Part shown: piece after piece, positions 26,369-37,637 of the stretch
Layout: the number at the start of each line of letters is the position of its first letter
Numbering within the stretch: position 1 is the first letter of the stretch
Source of the DNA: Azolla caroliniana
Lineage: Eukaryota > Plantae > Polypodiophyta
Length of the DNA: 64,000 bases
NCBI GenBank assembly: GCA_043228905.1
Contig: JBHGNT010000022.1
Location: forward strand, 4,898,001-4,962,000
Reading direction: 5' to 3'
The notes under the pieces: model-generated
Told to the model about the DNA's origin: nothing
Seen by the model: only the letters and a program-made list of their open reading frames with translations
Databases searched by the model: none
Translations under genes and position numbers: made by a program

Positions 26369-26724
26369 TTTCTTTCAGAAGAGATGCAGGGAGATGGGAA
26401 TGCCAAATTCGAAGAAGGAAAAGAAAGGGAGGGGGTAGGAGGAGAGAGAAACGGTGATCTCAGGGCCACCTCCATGGCCATGGGGCCACGCTCATCTCCA
26501 TCTCTCGGCCAGAAACGTGGGGGGTCCACTCCTATAAACCCTAATCTCTATACGACCATAGCATCACATGTAGCGTTCAGAGAGAGAGAGAGGGCAGGGG
26601 TCTTGGGTTCGAATCCTTTCCTTTGCGGTTCCTTTATCCTTCTCTATCTATCTATAGATACATAGATACATAGATATAGCCCTTTGTATATGAATCAATT
26701 ATTCTTGTTATGACACTGCATATT

Positions 26725-26843
26725 CAGAGATTTCGGTGTTATATCTGGGGTCAAGTATGGGTGTTATCCTGCCGAGTGTAACTCATGCCACTACAGAATC
26801 GGAGATTTCGGTGTTATGTCTGGATCAAGTATGGGTGTTATCC
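26725..26843 (+). repeat. Two ~45-bp direct repeats upstream of the host gene
   Basis: GAGATTTCGGTGTTAT.TCTGG..TCAAGTATGGGTGTTATCCT occurs twice. Confidence 0.75.
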
Positions 26844-26887
26844 TCCCTAGCCACCCACCCCCAATCGCCCATAAGTTGATTCGAATT

Positions 26888-28287
26888 AGTTGAGCGAGCA
26901 CGCTCAACCGGATCCGGATTGGCGGAATAAGCCAGAGCCAAATCGGTATCCGGAATGGAGAACCAAATCGGTGTCCGGATGATATCCAGAAACTAGGTGC
27001 CAGATTGGAGAGACGGATCGGGGAGCTGGATTCAAATGTGAACCGGAAGACTAGTAGTAGCCTATACTCCTAGACTACGAGGTAGTCAGAGTCCTCGTAG
27101 TTAGTGTCAGTCGCTCGTATGAGCATTGAAGTACATAGTACTTCTGTCAGTCCTTTTGAGGACTTGTATATATAAATAGTGTTGTTTAGCACGTTGTATG
27201 TACAGAGAGTTACAGAGTGTTATTCTTTAATTGAGTTTATGCTCTCTCTATCTCTGTCTCTCCCATGTATGCTAAGTACTCTCTAGCTTCCATTGAACTT
27301 GTTTTTTATTCTCTGTCTCTACCCAGCTAAACCGGTTTATCAAAGCTTCCGCACGCAAACTTTTACATGGTATCAGAGCGCGAGGGTTGAGACTCTTCTG
27401 TAGCCGACAGAAGCTTTTGAAGACAAACCCTAACACCCAATGAAGAACAGTAGAGAACTGAAATGGACAGAGGTATGGCAAGTTCGCTTCCCACAAAAAA
27501 GCTCGACCAGAGCAACTATGCATCGTGGTCATATAAAATGCACCAGTACCTGCTGGGGCATGGATGTTGGAGCTATGTGGAAGGAACCAACGAGGTAGCA
27601 CCAGAACCGACACACAAAGACTTCCCGTCATGGGAGCAAGGAGCAAGTCGAGTATTGTACTGCCTCGCATCTGGTGTGCACGATGAGATGCTCGGTTACA
27701 TCAAGGATGCAAAAACACCAAAGGAGGCATGGGAAAATCTATGGAAGATTTTCGCCACAAGTATCACAACCCGTAAGTTGCAACTCCGGCAAGAGTTGAA
27801 CAACATTCGGTAGAGAGATATGTTGGTTACAGACTACACCACCAAGATTAAGGAGATCTATGATGCACTCGGATCCATCAACAGAACGGTGGAAGAAGAC
27901 GAGATGGTCCGGATATGTCTTGGTGGTCTAGCACAACGGTATGGGCCAATCTGGACAACAATTTGCACCCGGGAGAAGCTACCGTCCTTCTTCGACTTAC
28001 AATCAATGTTGATGGTCGAAGAAAACCACGCGAGTGGTTCGAGGACCACTCAATCGAACAACCGGATGCTGTACACGGAGGTGGATCAGCCCTGTGGACA
28101 TGGAGGACGATGTGGGTCAACACGTAGTGGAGGCGGCCGGCAAGAGCAGAATCGAAGGCACAGAGACAATGCCGACAGCAGTTCCGGACCCTCCATAAGC
28201 AAGGGGAGTCAAGCTAGTGCCAGAAACTGGCAAGGAAAGGCCGCCACAGAATGCTGGTACTATGGCAAGAAAGGCCATGGAGAAAGT
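26888..28287 (+). mobile_element. Truncated Copia (Copia-1 family): LTR, PBS and gag
   Basis: LTR about 26888-27367, PBS TGGTATCAGAGC 27368-27379, gag MDRGMASSLPTKKLDQSNY..CWYYGKKGH cut at 28288. Confidence 0.9.
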
Positions 28288-30724
28288 TGTTACATGTTTT
28301 AGGGTTACGGTTAATGATAATGATAATGATGATGATTGATGATGAAGATAGACATGGTGTAATAGTGAAGATGATGAATGACATGATGGTGAGAGAGATC
28401 ATGAAGCACAAGACAAGCATTGAGGGGTGGGGGTTGGTGCCTAGAATGGCTCCATCCCCTTCCCAAGGGGGTTCAACGTAAGGGGGAGAGAGAGAGAGAG
28501 AGATTGAGAGAGAAATGTTCCTTGTATTCATTCATTCCCCGTAATGGGTTAAATAGGTATAAAGGGGTAGATACACAATGGTGCAAACCCCTTGGGCATT
28601 TATACCTAGTCACTCACTCACACCTCTTTGTATCAACCACACTCACACTTATCAATCACCGGTACATCTCGTACGGTAACACAATATGGCACGCTCGTGG
28701 GAGAGTGCCTTGCACGTCGATCCCACATGCCTTGATCATAATCATTCTTCGACTGGAATTTCCATCGGTCCTCTCAATGATCGACTCCCTCGATCGGAGT
28801 GCTTGACTTGAACATCTCCGTCGGTCAACGAATCTTCATCGACACGAACATTCCCGTTCTGTCGGTTCAGGAACATTGATATCATGGGTCCAAAAACGTT
28901 GTGTGTATGTGTATCTTCCTTTTGTTAATTTTGTGAGTTGTGTGTCGATCGCGTCCATTAGTTTTCGAAATTTCATAGGTGCCCTTTGATTTTAAAAATT
29001 TTGTTCGATACTCCTATCATTCTCTATTGCCCTTTCTTTTTATTGATTGATTTATTATTATTATTATTCCCCTCCTCTCTCTTGCTTCTGACTTTGTGTG
29101 TGTAATTTCCCGTTGTTTCTTCCTCTTCTTTCTCCTTCTTCTTCTTCTTCTTCTTTTGTCTACATGTCTCCTTCCTCTTCTTCTTCTTCTTCTTCTTCTC
29201 TGTTCATCTACTATTGCCTCTGCTTCCTCTTCCTCTTCTTCTTATTTTCTACATCTCTCTTCTTCCAAACGTCTCCGTCGATGGCTGCTCTTTTTGCCTC
29301 CGTCGCTTTGTCCGCCCTTCTCTGTTCATCTCCGTCTCTGTATTTGGTTGTATGTTTATCTATCTCAGATGTTTTTGTTTTTGTTTCCGTCTCCAACCCC
29401 ATCGCCGTCACTGTCGTCGTCCGTTGTCGTTGTCTCTGTCCGTCACTGTCGTCTGTCGGTTCATCATCGTCCAACTTTGTCTATCTGTGTGTCCGACTTC
29501 GTTCGGTCCGTCTATTTGATCCGGACGTTATTGTCTTTCCGGCCCTCCAGCCACTGTTCGGCTGTCCGGCCCATCGTTTTAGCGTCATCGTCATTCTGGC
29601 CTTCGGTTGTCCGGCTATTCTTGTCGCTTTTCGGCGTGGTGTCGTCGTTCCGGTTGTTGTCCCGCCGCTTCTCGGCCGCTTCGGCTGTCTCTCCGGTCGC
29701 TAATTTTTGCCGCCGCCAGTTGTACGTGTCCGACCCTATCTTTCTGGTCCTCCGTTCATTCTTCCATCCGTTCATTTGTCTGGCCTGTACGGTTCGGCCA
29801 CATCCGTTTTGGCACCGTTCGGCCATCTCAGTCCAGCCGTTATGTGTCTTTGCACATTTCGGAAATCGATCCAGTCGCTATCCGGCGGTTGCCGCTCTGC
29901 CGTTGCCACTATACGACCGCCACTTGATTCAGTCACTGTCTCTGTCCGGCCGGGCCGCTATTGGTCGGCCACCACTCTAGCCGTTGGTATGTGGCCACCG
30001 TCGTCCGATCGCCATCCCGGCTCCGTCACCGTTCCGACTGTTCGGCCCATTCCGGTCATCTCTCGCACCACGCTTCCCTGCACACGCACGTTGTCGTTAA
30101 CCACACACTTGCACATACGTCCATTGTGTATCTCATTCTGTGACGTCCTCTCGCACAACATCACCGTCTTGCATTCCTCGACCTCGACGACTTCCAATCA
30201 CTATCACCATTTCACGCACATCGTCGATTTGATTTCTCGCACATCATCGCCACCATTCTTGCACATTCATCGATTCCATTTCTTGCACATTTCTGATTTG
30301 ATTTGCTACACATCATAAATTCGCTAACCACACATGCATAGATGCCGTAGCCATTCTTACACTCCTGTTGATTTGATTTCATGCTGTCTCGCACATACTT
30401 CCGCCACATATCCTTCTTCAACTTCTTCTCCAAAGGGGGGTCGTTGCCTTAGTGGGTAAACGATTTCCGACTAAAACTGTATTACGGACCAATGCCGCAG
30501 AACCCATTCAAGCAACTGGAGGACGGAGCAAGAACCGGAAGCGGTATTCGGATAGCCGGCAACCAAGAGGAACCTACCACGAATCTGATGTTACCGGAAA
30601 AGGAGTAACATGTGTCCTAGAAAAAAAGAAAAAGAAAAAATAAAGCCATCATGCAGGGGCGAGGAGTAAAGATGTGACGAATGCATGAGAAAAGAAGAAA
30701 AAGAAAAGAAAAGAAGAAGAAGAA
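28288..30724 (+). mobile_element. Probable Gypsy (Tat/Ogre-like) LTR, PBS and long low-complexity 5' region, truncated
   Basis: TGTTAC...GTAACA 28288-28681 followed by TGGCACGCTCGTGGGA (28687), resembling a tRNA-Arg-type PBS; no recognisable coding domain. Confidence 0.5.
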
Positions 30725-31918
30725 TGTTGAGAGATCAAGCTCAACTTAGTTTAGTTAGTTAGTCAACCATGTAACTTTGTAGTTACCTAGATAGAATCTA
30801 GTTAGAAGTGTTGACTATAAGGCCTTAAAGAGGATCTTGTATTTAAGTGGGATATTCTAGATCCTCCACTCCTAAGTACATTTAATATAGGACTTATTCC
30901 TTAGTACCTATATTTTACTCACACATGTGAACCTTTGCACATGAGATGTATATATACCTCATTGTGGGTATTTTTGTATTTGATGATGATGATAATGATA
31001 ATGCTAATTTAATATAGAGTTAACCATCCCCCATCTTATGTTTCTCATAAGTGTATTTTCTTCTCTCTCTTCCTCTCACACACATACACACACATATCAC
31101 TTAATCTTCCGCTTAATCAATTAATCACATAATTAGGTACTAATTAATCCTTGCTTAATTACATGCCTAAGTCTTAACATGGTATCAGAGCGCATGGTTT
31201 AGAAAATCCACTAAGCCCACTTGACTCCATGATTGTGTGTTCGAGACACCGACGACAAAATCCGGCTATCTGCTACCATAGTGCCGCTACGTAGCACGTG
31301 TATGTGATCAAAGGAAGAAAAGCAAAAGAAGAGAAGACACTACAATCAACATGAACACACAAATGGGTAGCTCGTTCCCTAGTGAAAAGTTAGACCAGAG
31401 CAATTATTCATCTTGTTAGTACAAGATGACCCAATACCTCGTTGGCCAAGGGTATTGGAGCTACGTTAACGGCGCACTCGAAAACAAGCCTGACATCACA
31501 AATGCCAACTACCCAACGTGGGAGGAAGGAGCAAGTTGGGTAATGTATTGCTTGGCAACATGTGTCCACAACCACATGCTTAGCCACATTCGAGACGCCA
31601 AGACGCCTAAAGAGGCGTGGGAGAACTTAAAGAAGATGTTCTCCGCCAACACGATTGCCCGCAAGCTTCAACGTCGACAAGAGTTGAATAATATTCGACA
31701 AAAAGACATGTTCGTGTCGGACTACACTACCAAGATCAAGAGCATTTGCGACTCACTTGGTTCCATCAACATAAACGTCGATGAAGACGAGATGGTTCAA
31801 GTATGCTTGGGCGGCCTTGCACAACAATTCGATCCATTACGGACGGCAATCTTGGCGAGAGATAACCCTCCTTCGTTCTTCGACCTCCAATCAATGCTAT
31901 TGGTCGAAGAGAACCACG
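30725..31918 (+). mobile_element. Truncated Copia: LTR, PBS and gag
   Basis: LTR 30725-31179, PBS 31180-31191, gag ORF 31426.. homologous to Copia-1 gag; cut by the next LTR. Confidence 0.9.
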
Positions 31919-32660
31919 TGTTGAGCGACAAGCTCAATCGGATCCGGATCAACATCCGGAAGGAAGAGCCGGATCGGTGAGCTGGTGAGCAAGTGAGCCG
32001 GTGAGTTGGGGAGCCCGTTAGCTAGATCAAATAGTAACCGAAAGCCTAGTAGTAGCCTAGACTGCTAGGTAGTTAATAGTCTCGTAGTTAGTGTCAAACG
32101 CTCGAGTGAGCATTGAAGTATGCGGTACTTCTGTCAGTCGTCTTAGGACTTGTATAAATAGTGTTGTTGAGCATGTTTCATGTACAGAGTATTACAGAGA
32201 ACTATTATTGTTTTCTAATAGATTTAACTTGTTCTGCTCTTTCTTTGTCTCTCCCGCGTACTGTCAAGTTCTCCATTAAACCTGTGTTTCTGTGTTCGGT
32301 TTTCTATTACTTTTGCACGCTATTCGTTTTTACATGGTATCAGAGCACGAGGGTTGAGAACCTCTGCAACCGACCTTAGCTCAAGAAGAAAACCTAACCT
32401 TCGTAAAGAACAAGAAAAACAAAATGGATAGAGGAATGGTTAGCTCGCTCCCGGTGGAGAAGCTTGACAGATCCAACTACGCATCGTGGTCATACAAGAT
32501 GCACTAGTACCTGCTTGGGCATGGTTACTGGAACTATGTCGACGGAGCTAACGACACAACACATGATGCGACATACAAGAACTTCCCAATGTGGGAACAA
32601 GCGGCAAGCAGAGTGATGTACTACTTTGCGTCAAGTGTTGGAGACCAACTGCTGAGCCAT
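31919..32660 (+). mobile_element. Truncated Copia (Copia-1 family): LTR, PBS and gag start
   Basis: LTR 31919-32334, PBS 32335-32346, gag MDRGMVSSLPVEKLDRSNY from about 32423. Confidence 0.9.
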
Positions 32661-33979
32661 GTGATGCTTGTTGCCGAGCAAAGATGCCACGACATCATCC
32701 ATATGGCTTGTTGGACTCCTTACCAATTCCAAGCAAGCAATGGCAGTCCATTTGTCTTGATTTTATCATAGATCTTCCAGTCTCGAAGGGTTTCGATGCT
32801 ATCTTAACCAACGTCAATCGATATACTAAGATGGCACATTTTGGGCCTTGTACTAAGGCCATCACAAGTGAAGAAACCACTGCCCTTGTCATGCGTGAGG
32901 TATTTCGGCATCATGGCCTCCCAGACAGCATCATCAGACCTCTCCTCCGGCTACCATCCCCAGACCGATGGGCAGGCGGAATGAACAAATCAAACGCTAG
33001 AACAATACCTCTGGTGTTTTCTGAGTTACCAACAAGACGATTGGGTTGATATTCTCCACTTTGCGGAGTTTGCTTATAATAATGTTATTCACTCCTCGAC
33101 TCGGTCTCCCCATTTTACGCTTATACCAGTTCTCATCCTCGCTTGTCTGTGATTGACACCCCGGAGCTACCTACCAATCCTCATGCCGAGGATCATTTGG
33201 AGAGGCTACACAAGATTCAAATGGATCTATCTACTCAACTTCGTCATGCTCAACACACACAAAAGACTTATGCGGATCGTCATCGACTTCCCTCCTCTTT
33301 TGCCATCGGAGATCGAGTATGGCTCTTACGTCGTCACATCAAGACTACTCGACCGTGCGACCAATTGGACTATCGATGCCTCGGTCCTTTTCGTCGTATC
33401 GGTAAGATTAATTATGTCACGTTTTGCCTTGATCTTCCTCCGTACCTTCAAATACATCCGGTCTTCCATAGTTCTCTTCTTGAACCTTATAAGGCCAACA
33501 CTATTCCCAATCGTGTTACACCACCGCCTCCCCTACTTGAGTTGGATGCCGGCCCGGAGTATGAAGTTGTTGTCGTCCTCGACTCCAAGTTTGTTCGCAA
33601 CAAACTTTATTATTTGATTGATTGGCTCGGCTATAGTCCGAGCGAACATACTTGGGAACCCGTCGAGCATGTCGCTAATGCTCAGGATCTTCTTGTTGAT
33701 TTCCACCGATAGTATCCGGACAAACCCGGTCCTCAATCCACGTTGACTCGTTATACTTGTTGTCTTAAGGGCAGGATATTATTTTCATTTAAGTTTTACT
33801 ATAGAAAATTAATGCATATTCCAAATTTCTCTAGAACATTCTAGAAGCTTCAGGACTACTCCTGAGAGCACTATAAAAGGAGGCACAAAGCATTATTTTG
33901 AACCAAATTGGTTCAACGTCAGTCTTAAGCCTCATAGCTATTTTGTACTTACTTTTCATATAATATATCATCTATTATC

Positions 33980-34010
<31 letters not shown>

Positions 34011-34109
34011 TCCTCTCTCGGGAGTCTTACGCAGTCCCGTCCTATTAGTACTAATAGTACTTCCCTTCTCTAGTACTAATTCTCTCTCTGTTTTAGTACT
34101 ATTCCTGAG
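32661..34109 (+). mobile_element. 3' part of a Tcn1-like chromovirus: integrase, chromodomain and partial 3' LTR
   Basis: CDACCRAK..WQSICLDFI, GPF motif, EYEV..VLDSK..YYLIDWLGYSPSEHTWEP chromodomain; LTR about 33775-34109 homologous to 6700-7713. Confidence 0.9.
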
Positions 34110-34829
34110 AAATAGTTTGGGGAGGGTGGGAGAGGAACCAAGTATGTCTTGGTATTTTGCCCTTATCTCGGCATAGGTTGGACACTTGCATGTAAAGTGA
34201 TACTCATCCTCTATCTCTATGTGGCATAACCTACATATCCTTTCCTCCCTCAGGACTCCATTAGTACGACCATTCTCAATCTCAAGTTGCTGAGATGATA
34301 TTCTAAGTTGTCCAATGGCAACCCTTAGTGCATGTGGTAAGAATACATCTAGATATTTTGGCCGCGTGATAAAACCTAACTTAGAGAGGTGCATGAAGTG
34401 TTCCTTATAGTACAACATTTTAGATGGGAGTGGCTCTAGTGGGGTGATCCATTTATACCGAGTGTAAATTTGCCATATTTCTTAGCGTATTACTTTATTG
34501 CGGTCCTCATGAGAGATTAAAGTGTTATCAATTGTGTGGTTGTACCTAAGGGGAGGTAGGTTATTAATGTCTAGACCATTTGCAAGAAGCAAACTCACCA
34601 TCATGCCATACCATGAGCTAGTATAACCGGACTCATACAGTGATCAAGAGGCCTTAAAGGCTTGATGAGATATTCTATCATGTGGTTGGCTATGTATCTT
34701 GTGAATAAACACTACACGTTGGAAAAGTGCCTCTACTAACATTGGGGGTAACGTGAACTCAGGCCTAATAATGTCATGTGGTACTGTCGATTTGCTTCAG
34801 AGTTGGCATGATAACATCATCACCAACGG
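34110..34829 (-). mobile_element. LINE ORF2 C-terminal region (degenerate)
   Basis: QLRISSQQLEIENGR..ERICRLCHIEIEDEYHFTCKC; continues at 42000-42649 across the ACGG TSD. Confidence 0.8.
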
Positions 34830-35518
34830 TGTCGTGAAGAAAACCGTCCACAAGCGGAATCGGTGCACCGGAGCGTAGAAACCGACTCTTCATGCACGTG
34901 CGCCTTATGATGTACATAGGAGATCCTAGGCGGGCAGATTCGGTAGGTAGGAAGTAAAGGGGGGAAACGACTCCTTCCTTGCCTATAAAAGGAGGGAGAC
35001 GAGGAGGGGAAAGGGATCGCGGAGAGTCGAGGACGAAGTGCTGTCGGTTTGCGAGCGAAGGCTTCTCTCTCTCTCTCTCTCTGGTTTGCAAACGCCATAG
35101 CTTCCTTCTGTGCAGGTTTTGGGAGGCTCGCACTGCTCTGAGGAATGCCCGAGTGCTTCCGGCAACACCTCCAACCTACTCCTTCCTCTCTGTGCGTTTA
35201 CGAGCAGGTATCGGCATCTGTTCGCCGGCCTGTTCGGTTGTAACCGACTTCGTGTTTCGTTGTCTTCGTGTTCTTGTCGTTTGTCTTTGTTAATAGATAC
35301 ATACATTCGTGTCTTTCTGTGTTGCTGTCCCGCTTGTGTCTTTGCGTCGAAGGGCCGTGTCCCTGTGGATCTACGCTCGCACGTAGAGGGTCTCTTCTCC
35401 TTCCTCTCTTGCCCTTTGGTACAGGACCCCCGAAGTTCCGCCTCATTCCACGCATCCGCGAGGAATACCTCGACATCTTGGTGAACCCGACGTGAAGGAG
35501 GCGGCAGAAGAGCAGAAG

Positions 35519-37637
35519 ATGAAGGGGTCGGATCTTGCGGAGGCCATGGCTTCGGCCGTGGATCGGATATTAAGTGCACGCGAGGGCACCAGCGCCCTCG
35601 ACAGAGCCATTGAGGCGGTCGTCGGTACAATCGGCCGGTTCAGCGGAAAGGATGCCACGAGGTATTTGGCGTCCTACGGGGCAGAAATGCTGATGCGGGA
35701 CATTCCGGAAGAGAGGCGTCTTGCCGGGTTTCCTCGAGTGGCGATGCCGAGCATCCATGCGGAGGTGCTCGAGGTGCGGGCGGAGAGCCGTACCTGGGAG
35801 GAGTTCGAAGGCCGACTCCTAGAAAAATACGGGCTGGACGACGCGCTCCGGCTTTCGAAACGGGACTTCATGGAATGGGTGGAGTCCCCCGGCAAGGGAA
35901 GAAATGCGTCGGCACTCCTCCGGGAGTTTGAAGAACGCTTTGCGCGCCTTTCGGTGCTTGACCGAACCGTTCTGGATACGAGCCGGGTCCTATTGTTCGT
36001 CAAGTCGGTGGATGAGCGGGACCGGGACCAAGTCGGCTCCTTGCTGGAAACCGAGGACGGGCTGACAACCGACTGGGCTGCGGTTAAGAGAGTCTGTGGC
36101 CGTTTCGATAAACGGCGGGAATGGGCTGACAACGGGGCGGCCGGTGCGGGGTCTGTCACAGCAAGGAGGCTTGAACCGGCACCGCAAGTACGAAGGGAAG
36201 AAACCCGGGAATGGCTCGAAACCCGGGAATGACATGGTCAATGGCTCGTCCGGAGGAGCAGCGCTGGAGGAGTTGACGCGGGCGATAAAGGATCTCCAGA
36301 TCGCCCAGACTCGAAGGGAAGGCGACGAACCGGCTCGTGACCGACGGCCGACAGCGGGGAACAGGTGCATGTGGTGCGACGAGGTCGGCCACATTCGGAA
36401 GGACTGCGGCGATTTCGCAGAGGCGTTGAGGAACCGGGTGGTGTACCTGTGGGAAGGTCGGGTGCACGCCGGCGACACCAGGAGGGCCCTGAACCGAAAC
36501 GACGGGCGAGGAGGTATGAAGAGACTGATGGAAGAGGCAGCGGCCCGACACGTAGAGGCCATCCACTACTCGGCGTCGGCCGGAATTCGGGTCGGGGGCA
36601 GTGAGGCCCGAACAGAGGGCAAAGACGGATTCTGGTCGGCAATGCTAGGAGGTCTTGCCGGCGCACGGCTAAGGAAAGATGAAACGGACCACGCTGAGAG
36701 ACGGGTCTGGGAAATAACCGGGTGGAGCGATCCGGTCGAGGAGAAGACGGGCTTCGTAGAAGCCGCCTGCCGGAACTACGAGGCTCTGGTAGAGGACAAA
36801 CGAGTGGGGAAAGCCGGAGCGGCCGGGCCCTCACAACGGTACGAGACCCAATTCGGGCAATGACGGAACGATGCCGGCAGGTCCAGCTCGCAAGATAACC
36901 CCAGGAAGGGTGGATACCGATTGGGGACGGAAATAGAAAGGACTACGGACCTACGAAAGGTCCGAGAAGAACGGATCCTCGACAACAAAGTGGAGCTGTC
37001 ATTGCGGGAGGTGTTGGGGATCGCCAAGAAGGAGTTCCACGACTCCATTGTAGACTTGGTGAAACGGAAGAGGCTGTCGACGGAGACGGAACCGGAAAGA
37101 CCGGTAGAGGTGCGGACGACGCGCATCGACGACTCGGCGCTGGCAGATGAGTGGCCGGAGAGCCACTATTCGAGGCCACACTGGGCCCAAGCGACCACGG
37201 AGACCCCGGTAAAGATCGGAGATGTTCAGGAACCGGTGGTGGCATTGGTGGACCACGGTTCGGAAATAAACCTGATGTCCATGGACTTCTATAAGAAGGG
37301 GAAGTGGCCGATCAACACCAAGCACGGGTGGAAGATACGGGCGGCGACGCGCGCCACTGAGGAATTGCATGGGGCCTGCCCGAACGTGCGAGTCAAGATC
37401 GACGACGTCGAGATTGACCAGCACTTCTTCGTACAGGAGACGTCCTCGCACCCGGTCATATTAGGTGAACCATACATCACGGCGGCGCGGATGGAGACCA
37501 AAGTGCTGGACAACGGGTCGGCCTACGCGAGGGTCAAAAGCCAGGACGGGCGCCATTCGGTCCAATTTCTGACAGTGCGACCGAACCACGAGCGAAACCG
37601 CGAATCCCTCGATGGCGAAAACCGGGAGAATTTTTAG
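35519..37637 (+). pseudogene. gag-protease region of the Gypsy element (one frameshift, one in-frame TGA)
   Basis: GRFSGKDATRYL, zinc knuckle CMWCDEVGHIRKDC, protease VALVDHGSEIN and VILGEP. Confidence 0.88.

Noticed and set aside
29096-30318. Long overlapping Ser/Leu-rich ORFs
   Set aside because: They arise from CTT and CGT low-complexity sequence; no domain motif
36861-36866. TGA-CGG as programmed stop readthrough between gag and protease
   Set aside because: A CGA-to-TGA deamination is simpler; a similar in-frame TGA occurs at 41043
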